A DNA stretch of 63,103 nucleotides, the filler included, from Actinomycetota bacterium (lineage in GTDB: Bacteria > Actinomycetota > Actinomycetes > JAKEEW01): assembly GCA_046725875.1 (NCBI GenBank). It is 4 parts of 4 records of this genome, joined end to end, with 100 filler letters (N's around TTAATTAATTAA, not from the genome) between each part and the next. Parts side by side here need not be neighbours in the genome. Positions count along the whole stretch, not along the records: positions 1 to 18,947 come from JBKOZJ010000156.1; 3 more parts are not named here. One strand, written 5' to 3'. Below, piece by piece: positions 1 through 9,721 of the stretch. The notes below the pieces were generated by a model. The model saw nothing but the letters and a program-made list of their open reading frames with translations, did no database searches and was not told the origin of the DNA. The position numbers and the translations under genes were made by a program. Positions within the stretch are counted from its first letter, which is position 1. The number at the start of each line of letters is the position of its first letter.

Positions 1-289
1 ACGCGTCGCCGGCCCAGCTGTTGAAGGTGCTCTCGAACGGGCCGACGGCCACGTTGCTCAAGAACCCCTTCGTCGGCGATCCGCCGTTGATCCATGCCCG
101 CTCGGACGCGGTCGCGTAACCCCAGCCGAACGTCTTGTCGAGGAACGCCCACAAGAAGACGAACCCCATGGCATAGCGGGTAACCGCGAGCACCTTCGCG
201 GTCGCACCGGAAATCCTGGGGCCGGTTTCGGCCTCAACGGCGGCGCGCGGCGCGTGGACACTAGCCTCGCGCAGGATGTCGGTTGACAT
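1..289 (-). CDS. DoxX family membrane protein (thiosulfate:quinone oxidoreductase large-subunit-like), 3'-truncated by window edge
   Basis: Not in the ORF track. Manual translation from ATG at 289: MSTDILRE...RYAMGFVFLWAFLDKTFGWGYATASERAWINGGSPTKGFLS...FESTFNSWAGDA, typical of actinobacterial DoxX. GGAAGGAG RBS upstream. Confidence 0.85.
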   Translation of the reverse strand, partial: MSTDILREASVHAPRAAVEAETGPRISGATAKVLAVTRYAMGFVFLWAFLDKTFGWGYATASERAWINGGSPTKGFLSNVAVGPFESTFNSWAGDA

Positions 290-352
290 GATGGGCTCCT
301 TCCAGCGATCTCTTCTCACTTCGAGTCTCTGGCCTGGCTGCCCATCAAGTCC

Positions 353-389
353 GGAGTCGAAAGTCACGTCCCGGCGGACGATGGTCCCA
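353..389. promoter_or_regulatory. Tandem DosR/DevR/OsdR-like boxes upstream of doxX
   Basis: Minus-strand 16-mers CGTGACTTTCGACTCC (353-368) and TGGGACCATCGTCCGC (374-389), 21 bp apart. They resemble the GGGAC-N-GTCCC / AGGGCCGATCGGCCCT type palindrome. Confidence 0.55.
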
Positions 390-467
390 ACAGGTGGTGA
401 CGAAGCTATCTGGCTGCTTGGCTATGGCGGCTCCGCAAATCGTCTACATCAGTTGCCGAGTCTCGGT

Positions 468-647
468 TCAGACCACCCGTACCAAGTCCTTGATCCGTTC
501 GACGTCGGCGGGCGTCAACTCCATCTCGGGATGTGCGTACTTGGTATGCAATGTGACGTGCTCGATTAGCTCCGCCTCGGTCTCTGCGGTGAACGCTGCG
601 GAGCAGGCGGTACCCATGTCGGCACAGTGCAGCGAATAGGAGGCCAT
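468..647 (-). CDS. DUF1059-type small metal-binding protein
   Basis: MASYSLHCADMGTACSAAFTAETEAELIEHVTLHTKYAH: C-x6-C...H-x3-H-x4-H pattern; AGGTAGGTG RBS before ATG 647. Confidence 0.8.
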   Translation of the reverse strand: MASYSLHCADMGTACSAAFTAETEAELIEHVTLHTKYAHPEMELTPADVERIKDLVRVV

Positions 648-848
648 CTCACACCTACCTTCCAAGGCCTGAAGTAGAGGGCCCCGTAGATTCTTCTGCC
701 CACCGATGCGGGCGGACAAGTGCAGTGCTCCCCGCCAGTCCCCCAAAGTCGGCCTCTGAACGCCCGCAGACCGTCAACGGAGTGACTGGGTACTGTGGTC
801 GGCCGGCCGCCCCCATGGCGGGCCTCGATCGCCGAACCACGGGGACGG

Positions 849-2498
849 TTAGTGATGCAACCCGCCGGCGGCGACGTGAATGAACACCGCGCGTACCTCA
901 TCCGCCGTCGTGAGCGGGTCGAGGTAGCCATCGACGGGCTCGAGCGCCTTCTCGAGTGCTTTGGCATCCGACTCCGGGCCGAATTTGATGACAGTGAGAG
1001 AGACGGGCCGGTTAGGGTCGAGCGCCGCCTTTAGCTGCGCGCTCAGCTGGGCGGCGGAGATGGAGCCGGGGTCGTCCTCGTTGCGACCGTCGGTGAACAC
1101 TACGACGTGGTTCGGCGTTCCTTCCCGGTATCCGTCCCTTGCCGCCCTGAAGGACGCAAGGATCGTGTCATACAAGCCCGTGCCGGTCTCCTGCGAAGTG
1201 AGCGCGCGGACGGCCCGGCCAAGTCTCTGCCGCTGGGCGTCGCCCAAGGGTGCCCGCGGCAAGAGTGTCAGGTAGTCGTGCGGCGGATCGAGACGAGAGC
1301 CGAACTTCCACAAGGAGAGCTCGGACTCGTCGGGCAGCACAGCCGCAAGCTCGAGCACGCCATCCCTGACGAGGTCGATGAGTGGCTGCTTCGATCCTGG
1401 CGCCGGCTCCCCCATCGAGCCCGACACGTCTACAACGACGAGGATGTCGGATCGCCGGTCCGCGGGATACCACGTCGCGAACACGTGGTCGACCTTGTGC
1501 GGTTCGAAGACTTCGAACGGCGGCGCCGATATCTTGGGCAGATCCGTCACCGCCTGTGTCGGGGGATCGGCGGCGCCCGGGCGGCGGAGCCCTGCCGCAG
1601 CAAACGCACCGGCAGCCTCGGCATCCCTTAGCGCCGAAAGCACTCGTCCCAGCCGCCATGTCATGATCGGGTCCTTGATTGCCTGGGCGGTGGGTAGCCA
1701 GGTGTAGCGAAGAAGGGCGGTGTGGTCGGAGCCGGCGAGAATTTGCAGACCGTCGGCGCCCGCGACGCTGCGGCTGTCGCCAGGCCGCTGGGTCAGCGCA
1801 TACTCGGCGACGAGACCAACCTCGCCCGGCTCGGCCGGTAGGGCCTGTCCCTCCGTCACGGTGCGGGTCGAACGTAGTGCCGTCGCCAGCGCATCGGCCG
1901 ACGCGTCCATGCCCTGGTCGAGCCAGACGGCTTCGCCGACGGCTCCCGCCCCGACCAGACCGTCCCCCGAGCCGGCGGGATCTCGCACTGCGAGGTGCAC
2001 GCCTGAGTCGCTCGTCAACAGCCTCGCAAGCCCGAGCCAGCCGCCGCCTTCATGCTTGAGGCGTTCAGCGGTCGCCTCATCGGTGACCATGTAGATCGGG
2101 CTGGTGGCCACCACAGTCCCGGAGCCGCCCTGCGGTCGCTTGCCTAGCTGGGTGGTCCCGGCGACGCCGGCCCAGGCCGCATCATCGGGAATCCACACGT
2201 CGGCGTCCAGCGCGGCCACTTGGCCGGGGGCGGCCCTTCCATCGGCCACTTTGACGTCCAGATGCACGCAGTCGTCGCCGGCTTCCAACGAGGGCGCGAG
2301 GTGGGTGAGTACCGGGGCGAACGAGCTGGCGGTCACGATGTGCAGCGTCGCCGCACAACTAGCGGCCGGCTGCTGTAAGCGGGCGGCTTCGTTGTCCGAT
2401 CTATTAACGAAGAGTGCAATTCCCGCCGCGAACACCGTGGCAGCGGCGAGCAATACCGCAGGGAGAAGTAAAGAAGAACGACGTCGGTGCCGGCTCAT
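849..2498 (-). CDS. Membrane-anchored substrate-binding + von Willebrand A (vWA) domain protein
   Basis: Start MSRHRRRSSLLL followed by a TM segment; SBP-like middle (DVWIPDD, VVATSP); C-terminal vWA MIDAS motif VVVDVSGSM...TGLYDT...VVVFTDGRNED. Confidence 0.85.
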   Translation of the reverse strand: MSRHRRRSSLLLPAVLLAAATVFAAGIALFVNRSDNEAARLQQPAASCAATLHIVTASSFAPVLTHLAPSLEAGDDCVHLDVKVADGRAAPGQVAALDADVWIPDDAAWAGVAGTTQLGKRPQGGSGTVVATSPIYMVTDEATAERLKHEGGGWLGLARLLTSDSGVHLAVRDPAGSGDGLVGAGAVGEAVWLDQGMDASADALATALRSTRTVTEGQALPAEPGEVGLVAEYALTQRPGDSRSVAGADGLQILAGSDHTALLRYTWLPTAQAIKDPIMTWRLGRVLSALRDAEAAGAFAAAGLRRPGAADPPTQAVTDLPKISAPPFEVFEPHKVDHVFATWYPADRRSDILVVVDVSGSMGEPAPGSKQPLIDLVRDGVLELAAVLPDESELSLWKFGSRLDPPHDYLTLLPRAPLGDAQRQRLGRAVRALTSQETGTGLYDTILASFRAARDGYREGTPNHVVVFTDGRNEDDPGSISAAQLSAQLKAALDPNRPVSLTVIKFGPESDAKALEKALEPVDGYLDPLTTADEVRAVFIHVAAGGLHH

Positions 2499-2783
2499 GC
2501 GCACCCCCGTTTCCGCCGCATCGTGCCGCCGGAATTTCCCGCCAAGCATTACACCCTTAGGTGGATAAGTCAGCCACCTTGGCCCGGTGACGTGTAGCCG
2601 GCCGCGCGAAACCCGAGCAGGCCGCGGCCCGAGATGCGCCTTAGTCCCGGGTGGTGGTTGGACAGTTTCGTACGTTTTGTACGACTCACGTTTTGTACGA
2701 CTCACGCCCGCCGCTCCGAGCAAGCAGAGCATAGGACCTACCATTGCGTTGAACGAGCGCCGCACAGAATCCATGGACGAGAC

Positions 2784-3305
2784 ATGACTGACGACCGTTC
2801 GGGCGATGAAAGTTTCGAGGACGTTCAGGCGGAGGCCGCCGAGCTCGAGGGGCATCCCGACGACGGCGTCTTGGATGCCTCGGACACCCTCGAGGGAGAC
2901 CCCGGCGACGACCCGCTCGACCAGGGGATCATCCCGCCGGATCGCTGGTCGGCCGGCGAACGTTACGGGACCACCTTGGACGAGGAGCGGGCGGGTGAGT
3001 CCCTTGATCAGTTGCTCGCGGAGGAGGAGCCCGAGGCCGACCCGTACGCCGACGACGACCTGTCCCGGAACGAACAGACTGAAGTGGAAGAGGAGTGGGC
3101 GGACGAGGACGTCGACGGCCTGCTTCTGGACGACGGCGCCGACCCTCGCTCTGGCCGGCTCGTAGCCCCGGACGAGGGAGCCCACCCGGACGAGGAACCC
3201 GACCTGGTCGCCCGGGATGTCGGCATCGATGCGGGCGCCGCCGGCGCCGAGGAGGCGGCGGTGCATGTGGTCGATGACGATGACCGCGACATCGAGTCTG
3301 AGTAG
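2784..3305 (+). CDS. DUF5709 domain acidic protein
   Basis: Very acidic; GTTLDEERAGESLDQLLAEEEPE and C-terminal RSGRLVAPDEG...LVARDVGIDAGAAGAEEAAVHVV signature. Confidence 0.8.
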   Translation: MTDDRSGDESFEDVQAEAAELEGHPDDGVLDASDTLEGDPGDDPLDQGIIPPDRWSAGERYGTTLDEERAGESLDQLLAEEEPEADPYADDDLSRNEQTEVEEEWADEDVDGLLLDDGADPRSGRLVAPDEGAHPDEEPDLVARDVGIDAGAAGAEEAAVHVVDDDDRDIESE

Positions 3306-3340
3306 CTTGGACCATCCGGGGCTTGATCGCGTCACAAAGG

Positions 3341-3382
3341 CGGCAACGCCGCTGTCAGCCGATCGTGACAGCGGCGTTGCCG
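3341..3382. terminator. Bidirectional hairpin terminator between convergent genes
   Basis: Perfect 17-bp stem CGGCAACGCCGCTGTCA / TGACAGCGGCGTTGCCG, 8-nt loop. Confidence 0.75.
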
Positions 3383-3392
3383 GAAAGCGCGG

Positions 3393-5417
3393 CTACTTGG
3401 TGCTCAGACCCCAGCCGTAAGGGAAGAGAGGGTCGTAGTCCGCGTCGCCGATGTTGATCGGCACCTGTGCAGCGGTGCGCGGCCAGGTCATCGGCAGCTT
3501 GCCGGTGAAGGGCCGCTTGCCGAAGAGGACATCCGCGACGCCCTCGCCTTCGCTGCCCGGTAGCCATGACGCCACTAGTGCGTCCATCGTGCCGAGCTGG
3601 TCGGTGACGAGCTGCGGGCGTCCGGACACGATCAGCACCACGCAGGTCTTGATCGCACCGCACACCTTGTCAATGACAGCCTTGTCGCCCGGCTGAAGCG
3701 ACAGCGACTTCTCCTCCAGCTGCGCTGGCGAGCAGAAGCCGCACTCTGGCCCGCCAACGTCCCCGAACCCCTCAGCGTATGGCGTCTCCCCGACCACGAC
3801 GACACCGACGTCCGCGCCTGACATCGGAGCCGACGCATCGATGCTGTAGGTGACATTCGCCTGCGGTGCCACCTCCTTGATGCCTTCGAGGATGGTGGTA
3901 CCAGGGATGATGTCGCCGGAGATCCCCTGCCAGGCGATCGTCCAGCCACCGGCCTGGTTGCCGATGTTGTCGGCGTTTCGGCCGGCGACGTAGATGTCGG
4001 CGTCTGCGGGCAACGGCAACGCGTTGCCGCTGTTCTTAAGCAGTACCTGGGACTCGGCCACCGCCCGACGTGCGATCGCACGATGCTCCGCACTTCCGAC
4101 CTGGTCCAGGTTGTCCGCCGACGCGAACGGGTGCTCGAAGAGCCCGAGCTCGAACTTGGCCCGCAGGATGCGGCTCACAGCGTCGTCGATCCGCGCCATG
4201 CTGACCCGTCCGGCGTTCACCTCGGCCAACAGAAGCGCCTCAAAGTCGGCGGCCGTGAAGGGCTCCATGAACATGTCCGTGCCGGCGTTGACGCCGACCC
4301 GCACCTTGTACGCGGTCAGCCCACCGAACCCCGGACGGTCGGGATCGGGAATCTGGTGGATGCCCTCCCAGTCGGAGATGACGAAGCCGCGGAAGTGATA
4401 TTGGCCCTTGAGGACGTCTGTGATGAGCTCGTGGTTCGCGTGCATCTTGATCGGATTGCCGACGCCGTCCTCGATCCAGTCCACGCTGGAAAACGACGGC
4501 ATGACACTGCGAACATGGTGCCGCCTGACCGCGGTCTTGTACGGCGCCAAGTCGATCTTCGCGAACTCTTCCCGACTCGTCACCGTGATGCCTTGGTCGA
4601 TCGTATAGCGCTGCTCGTACCACGGCTTGCCCTCGTTCGCCGCGGCGGCCGCGTAGTCGTACTCGGTGTCGCCGTCGCCGGCGTAGTGCTTCGCGGTGGC
4701 GAGCACATGGTCGGCTCTGATCGGGGCGCGCCCGTGGCCCTGCAGGCCATCAATGATCGTCTCCATCCTGGAGACGAGTCTCGGGTTCTCGCTGAAGCTC
4801 TCGTACGTGCGGCCCCACCGCTCGTCCCGGGCGACGCAGACGCACGGCCCGAAGCTCCACGGGATGCCGGTGGCGCGTACCTCCTCCGCGGTGGCTTGGC
4901 CGACCTCCCTTACAAGCGCGGGGTCGCGGGTGGCGCCGAGGCCGATGTTGTGCGGGAAGATCGTGGCGCCGTAGACGTTGCCGTGCCCGTGGACGGCGTC
5001 GATGCCATAGATGATCGGGATGCCCAGGCGCGTGCTCAGCGCCTGCTCCTGGAACTCGTTGATCATCTCGACCCAAGCGGCCGGAGTGTTAGGCGTCGGC
5101 GTCGAGCCGCCGCCAGACAGCACCGAGCCCAGCCTCAGCGTGGCGATCTGCGTCGGGTCACCCGCGACGGCGCCGCGCTCGGCCTGGGTCATTTGGCCGA
5201 TCTTCTCCTGCAGCGTCATCCGCCTGAGCAGATCCTTTACGCGTAGCTTGATCGGTTGGACTGGGTCGCGATACAGCGGCCGCGCCGATGCAGAGTTCAG
5301 CGCGGCTGATTGGTCTGTCGTGGTGGGCGCCTGGCCGGCCGAGACGCCGCCGACCGGCACCAACGACACGAGCAGAACGCCAACTCCAATTAATGACGTG
5401 CGTGAACGGGATCGCAT
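3393..5417 (-). CDS. Secreted glycoside hydrolase family 3 beta-glucosidase
   Basis: Signal peptide; MTLQEKIGQMTQAER, GIDAVHGH, FPHNIGLGATRD, RWGRTYESFSE, TAKHY, FVISDW (nucleophile Asp), WLPGSEG, PLFPYGWGL. Confidence 0.95.
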   Translation of the reverse strand: MRSRSRTSLIGVGVLLVSLVPVGGVSAGQAPTTTDQSAALNSASARPLYRDPVQPIKLRVKDLLRRMTLQEKIGQMTQAERGAVAGDPTQIATLRLGSVLSGGGSTPTPNTPAAWVEMINEFQEQALSTRLGIPIIYGIDAVHGHGNVYGATIFPHNIGLGATRDPALVREVGQATAEEVRATGIPWSFGPCVCVARDERWGRTYESFSENPRLVSRMETIIDGLQGHGRAPIRADHVLATAKHYAGDGDTEYDYAAAAANEGKPWYEQRYTIDQGITVTSREEFAKIDLAPYKTAVRRHHVRSVMPSFSSVDWIEDGVGNPIKMHANHELITDVLKGQYHFRGFVISDWEGIHQIPDPDRPGFGGLTAYKVRVGVNAGTDMFMEPFTAADFEALLLAEVNAGRVSMARIDDAVSRILRAKFELGLFEHPFASADNLDQVGSAEHRAIARRAVAESQVLLKNSGNALPLPADADIYVAGRNADNIGNQAGGWTIAWQGISGDIIPGTTILEGIKEVAPQANVTYSIDASAPMSGADVGVVVVGETPYAEGFGDVGGPECGFCSPAQLEEKSLSLQPGDKAVIDKVCGAIKTCVVLIVSGRPQLVTDQLGTMDALVASWLPGSEGEGVADVLFGKRPFTGKLPMTWPRTAAQVPINIGDADYDPLFPYGWGLSTK

Positions 5418-5862
5418 ATTGTCCTCCGACGGTAAGGCGATCAGGTCCCCGGCAGGTCCTTCCGGCCAGGCAGAACCTTTTCTCCCGCTGCGATTGATCC
5501 TCTCGTCACGACCTGGTCACGTCAAGACGACAGAAGAGTCTCGCATCACTGCTGCGGATGCACCGCCAGACCGGCCCGTCCGCGGCGGTCACCGCCCGAT
5601 CCCCACCGCAACCCTAGCCCAGCCCGCACACCGATCCGTCGCTCTGTGCATCCGTGGGGACAGAACCCCAACGGCGAACCAGACGGATCGAGGCGAACAC
5701 CGTGACACAGACGACGAGCCAACCCCCACAGCGGTACTGCAGGCGACGCCGCCGGTCGAGGAAGTCAGCGTGAGCCTGGGCTCGCAGGAGGACTACCGGT
5801 TCCTTGTCGACTATCTCCTGCGGCCGCACCGGCCTCGGCCGCTGTAGGTGACCCAGGGATAA

Positions 5863-5900
5863 GGAGTCCTTGGTCCCTTGCGCATGGGACCTTCGCGTCT
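5863..5900. promoter_or_regulatory. Tandem DosR/DevR/OsdR-like boxes upstream of sqr
   Basis: GGAGTCCTTGGTCCCT (5863-5878; reverse complement AGGGACCAAGGACTCC) and TGGGACCTTCGCGTCT (5885-5900), 22 bp apart. Confidence 0.6.
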
Positions 5901-5977
5901 GTCCCATGTGAGCCAGGCCCCATACCGTACCGGGTATCGACTACCGGGTATCGGCTCCATGCGGAGAGGTGAGGAAC

Positions 5978-7183
5978 GTGCGTAAGAAGGTTCTGGTACT
6001 GGGCGGCAACTTCGGAGGGCTGACCGCCGCATTGAGCGTGAAGCACGAGCTGAAAGGCGACGTCGACGTGACGGTCGTCGCGGCCTCGGACCGGTTTCTG
6101 TTCAACCCGTCACTGATCTGGCTGCCGTTCGGCAAGCGCCGCCCGGAAGACATCACGTTCCCGCTCGCGCCCACGTTCGAGACGCACGACGTGGACTTCG
6201 TACACGCGACGGCCACCCGGATCGATCCGGCAGCCAAGCGGGTCGAGACCACGCTGGGCGAGTATGACTACGACTTCCTGGTCATCGCGACCGGCTACCG
6301 CAACAACATGGACGTGATTCCCGGACTGGATACCACGAACGGGGCATACACGATCACGACGTTGGCCGACGCCGGGCACGCGGGCGAAGGCTGGCGGCGG
6401 TTCCTGAACGACCCAGGCCCGGTCGTCATCGGCGCCACGCAGGGAGCCGGCTGCTTCGGCGCCGCGTACGAGTTCTTGTTCAACACCTCGTATCGGCTGC
6501 GCAAGGCCGGGCTGCACAAGCGCGTCTCGCTGACCTATGTGACCGCCGAGCCGTTCCTCGGTCACTTCGGCATCGGCGGGCTGCCCGGCGGGGAGAAGCT
6601 ACTCGGCCTGTTCTGCAAGAAGGAAGGCATCCGTGCGGTCACCAACACCGCCATGGACGAGGTAACGCCAGGCAAGCTAGCGCTGGCAGATGGCGGCACG
6701 CTGGACTTCGCGTACGCCATGATCATTCCGCCATTCCTCGGCCAGCAGGTGGTGGCCTCTACGCCCGGCCTGACCGACGACAAGGGCTACGTGCCGGTGC
6801 ACGACACCTACCAGTCGACGGCCTATCCGGACATTTACGCGGTCGGCATCGCCGCCGCGGTCCCCGTGCCGTGGACGACGGCGGTCCCGGTCGGCATCCC
6901 CAAGACGGGTTTCCCGACCGAGGCGCAGGCGCACGCCGCCGCGAAGAACATCGCCGCCCAGGTCCGCGGCGAGCAGCCGGGAACCCACAAGGAGTTCGGA
7001 AACATTCCGGCGGTGTGCGTACTCGACGCCGGCAACAACGGGGTGATGATCCTCGCCGACAAGATGCTGCCACCGCGTAAGGCCGCCGCTCTCATTCCGG
7101 GCCCCCAATCCCACGCCGCCAAGCTGCTGTTCGAGAAGTACTTCCTCTGGAAAGCTCGCAACGGCTACGTACGCCTGCCCTGA
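5978..7183 (+). CDS. sqr: Sulfide:quinone oxidoreductase (FAD-dependent)
   Basis: Rossmann VLVLGGNFGG; redox Cys motifs GAGCFGAAYEF and AVCVLDAG; PVGIPKTGF; C-terminal AKLLFEKYFLWK helix. GTG 5978 follows GAGGTGAGG RBS. Confidence 0.85.
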   Translation: MRKKVLVLGGNFGGLTAALSVKHELKGDVDVTVVAASDRFLFNPSLIWLPFGKRRPEDITFPLAPTFETHDVDFVHATATRIDPAAKRVETTLGEYDYDFLVIATGYRNNMDVIPGLDTTNGAYTITTLADAGHAGEGWRRFLNDPGPVVIGATQGAGCFGAAYEFLFNTSYRLRKAGLHKRVSLTYVTAEPFLGHFGIGGLPGGEKLLGLFCKKEGIRAVTNTAMDEVTPGKLALADGGTLDFAYAMIIPPFLGQQVVASTPGLTDDKGYVPVHDTYQSTAYPDIYAVGIAAAVPVPWTTAVPVGIPKTGFPTEAQAHAAAKNIAAQVRGEQPGTHKEFGNIPAVCVLDAGNNGVMILADKMLPPRKAAALIPGPQSHAAKLLFEKYFLWKARNGYVRLP

Positions 7184-7286
7184 TCGGTGTTATGGTCAGC
7201 CCCTCCTCGCGACAGCATCTCAACCCACCGGCTGACGGCGGCGCTGTTCGCTGCGACGATCGCAGCATCGGCCGAAGGAGGGAGCA

Positions 7287-8402
7287 ATGACCGTCCACGA
7301 GATCCGGATCGACCGGACCAAGACCCTGCTGGACGAGCCAAGCACTGGTCACAACCGCTGGCATCCCGACATCCCGCCGGCGGTGAGGTGTCAGCCAGGC
7401 GACGAGGTGATTCTCGAGACCCGAGACGCGTTCGACGGGCAAATGAGCCCCGAGGTTCCCCTGGAGGTCGTCGCCGCTCCCAACCTTGACGTCGTCCATC
7501 CGCTCACGGGCCCCGTCTACGTCGAGGGTGCCGAACCGGGCGACCTGCTCGAGGTGGAGATCCTGGACGTGGAGCCGGACAGTTACGGCTATACGGTGCA
7601 GGTGCCAGGTTTCGGGTTCCTCCGCGATCTCTTTCCGGAGCCGTTCAAGATCAACTGGGAGATCGCCGAAGGGTGGGCCACCTCGCCCGATCTATCAGGG
7701 GTACGCATCCCGGGCTCCCCGTTCATGGGCACGATCGGCCTAAGTCCGGGTCGTGATCTGCTGGCGCGCACAACCGTGCGGGAGCAGCAGCTGCTCGACC
7801 GCGGCGGGTTTGTACTGCCCCCGTCGCCAGCGTCAGCCGTTCCCGGCGATGCTCGCCTTGCGGCGGAAGGGCTTCGTACGATCCCGCCGCGCGAGCAAGC
7901 CGGCAACGTGGATATCAAGCAGCTCGGCCGCGGCACCCGGCTCTTGATACCGGTCGATACTCCCGGTGGCCTGTTCTCGGCCGGGGATGCCCACTTCGCC
8001 CAGGGCGATAGCGAGACCTGCGGCACCGCGATCGAGATGCAGGCAACGCTGCGGGTCCGATTCGGGCTAAGCAAGGGTGCGGCCGCCGAACGGGGCATCC
8101 GCACTCTGCGGTTCACCCGCTCCGACTACTACCTCCCCCCGGAGTACGCAGCACCCCGCCGGTTCTACGCAACCACCGGTATCTGCGTCACCCGGGATGG
8201 CGAGAACCGAGCCGAGGATGTCACCCTTGCCGCCCGTAACGCCCTGATGGACATGATTGACCATTTGGGCGAACGCGGCTGGACCCGCCAGCAGGCGTAC
8301 GCCCTTTGCAGCGTTGCGGTGGACCTCAAGGTGAGCCAGCTCGTGGATGTTCCCAACATGCTGGTGTCCGCGTTTCTCCCCGAGGACATTTTTGTGATCT
8401 AG
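7287..8402 (+). CDS. Acetamidase/formamidase family protein
   Basis: HNRWHPDIP, HPLTGPVYVEGAEPGD, PPREQAGNVD, GDAHFAQGDSE, AYALCSVAVDL; GGAGG RBS. Confidence 0.92.
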   Translation: MTVHEIRIDRTKTLLDEPSTGHNRWHPDIPPAVRCQPGDEVILETRDAFDGQMSPEVPLEVVAAPNLDVVHPLTGPVYVEGAEPGDLLEVEILDVEPDSYGYTVQVPGFGFLRDLFPEPFKINWEIAEGWATSPDLSGVRIPGSPFMGTIGLSPGRDLLARTTVREQQLLDRGGFVLPPSPASAVPGDARLAAEGLRTIPPREQAGNVDIKQLGRGTRLLIPVDTPGGLFSAGDAHFAQGDSETCGTAIEMQATLRVRFGLSKGAAAERGIRTLRFTRSDYYLPPEYAAPRRFYATTGICVTRDGENRAEDVTLAARNALMDMIDHLGERGWTRQQAYALCSVAVDLKVSQLVDVPNMLVSAFLPEDIFVI

Positions 8403-8406
8403 GGGT

Positions 8407-9495
8407 GTGATGTTCGGAGCGGCAGAGCCGCGGCTGCGGCAGCTCGAGCCAGCGCTCGCCGACCGTGCCGCCTCCTGGCGAGAATCCGTCGATCCTCGGC
8501 GGCTGCGCGAGCGTGTTGTGGCCTTGCCCGCACCAAGGGTTCGGTACATCGAGCCGGGTGTCATGGCGGCCGTGGACCTGCTGCTGCTCGATGGGTTCAC
8601 GTCCGCCGGCTGGCGCGCGGACCTCCGGCCGTTCGAGGAGCGATCTCCGCTCATTGGAGACGCAGTCGGCTCGGGCCGGCCGTCCGCCGGCCGGGCCGGC
8701 GTGCTGTCCGGCGTGAATGTTGTCGCCGTACAGGAGGGCCGGTCGCGAGACGCACTTGTCGTGGTCGCACACCACGACACCGTGCCCGGTACCGGCGGCG
8801 CCGACGACAACGGCAGCGGCGTCGCGGCGTTGCTCGAGCTAGCCCACCTCTTGAGACCCTTGCGGCTGCGCCTGTCCGTGGTGCTCGCCGCTGTTGACCA
8901 CGAAGAGCTTGGTTTCTTCGGGGCCCGTCAGCTGGTCCGCCAGCTGGTCAGTGAGCGCCGTGTCGCCGGCGTCGTGGTGTACGAGATGCTCGCCTACACC
9001 TCTCAGGAACCGGGCAGTCAGCGTGTGCCGCCCGGCATTGGCGCCATCTACCGTGGTCAGGTTCGGCGAGTACGGGCGCGAGACTTCTGCGGTGATTTCA
9101 CTGCGGTTATCTACAACCAATCGGCCCGGACGCTTGCGACCTACTTCGCCGAAGGTCTCGGCCATTTCATCGGACCGGCGGCGACGATCCTGCTGCGGGC
9201 TCCGCTGGACCTGCCAGTCATCGGCGCGCTGTTGGGGCGGTTCGTCCCCTTCGCGGCGGATTTCGCCCGAAGTGATCACGTCCCGTTCTGGGAAGCCGGG
9301 CTGCCTGCTCTGCAGATCACTGACACCGCCAACTTCCGCAACCCCCACTACCACGCCAGCGGTGATACACCAGACACCCTCGACTACGACCGGCTCGCGG
9401 ACATAACGGCCGCGACCGCGCTGGCCATCGAGCGATTCGCCAAGAGTGAGGACCTTCGTGGACCCGCGGCGCTGAGGCGCAGCCGGGGGCGATAG
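8407..9495 (+). CDS. M28 family metallopeptidase
   Basis: VVVAHHDT..GADDNGSG, DHEELG, RSDHVPFW, NPHYH motifs. Confidence 0.88.
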   Translation: MMFGAAEPRLRQLEPALADRAASWRESVDPRRLRERVVALPAPRVRYIEPGVMAAVDLLLLDGFTSAGWRADLRPFEERSPLIGDAVGSGRPSAGRAGVLSGVNVVAVQEGRSRDALVVVAHHDTVPGTGGADDNGSGVAALLELAHLLRPLRLRLSVVLAAVDHEELGFFGARQLVRQLVSERRVAGVVVYEMLAYTSQEPGSQRVPPGIGAIYRGQVRRVRARDFCGDFTAVIYNQSARTLATYFAEGLGHFIGPAATILLRAPLDLPVIGALLGRFVPFAADFARSDHVPFWEAGLPALQITDTANFRNPHYHASGDTPDTLDYDRLADITAATALAIERFAKSEDLRGPAALRRSRGR

Positions 9496-9520
9496 CGGAC
9501 CGCGGCCCCATGGTGCGCCA

Positions 9521-9631
9521 TCAATCGAGCAAGGTCGCGGCGGTGATGTTGATCGTTCCGACCACCGGCGACGCGAGATCGGATGCTGCGAACGCCGGGA
9601 TGTTGCCCACCTCGGCGGCGTTGTCGGACAC
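9521..9631 (-). pseudogene. C-terminal fragment of a short-chain dehydrogenase/reductase (SDR)
   Basis: 36-aa frame VSDNAAEVGNIPAFAASDLASPVVGTINITAATLLD* resembles the SDR C-terminal pattern (EVANxxAFLASDxASxxTG..NxxxG); no N-terminal part present. Confidence 0.5.
9593..9618 (+). repeat. Imperfect direct repeat, copy A (pairs with 10550-10575)
   Basis: CGCCGGGATGTTGCCCACCTCGGCGG; 23/26 identical to copy B. Confidence 0.7.
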
Positions 9632-9721
9632 CCGGTCCCTCCAGGGCGAAGACGGACGGACTTGGTACTAATCCCCTGCGAGTCGGCGTTTCACATGTTG
9701 GGCGAGCGCGGAACTGGCGAT

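Noticed and set aside
2499..3335. N-terminal 279 aa of the 828-aa ORF (849..3335), suggesting a giant fusion
   Set aside because: It is largely the antisense shadow of the DUF5709 gene; the real start is at 2498 before the TM segment.
5600..5847. Possible small gene ending ...SQEDYRFLVDYLLRPHRPRPL*
   Set aside because: No convincing start/RBS and no recognisable family; cannot be supported.
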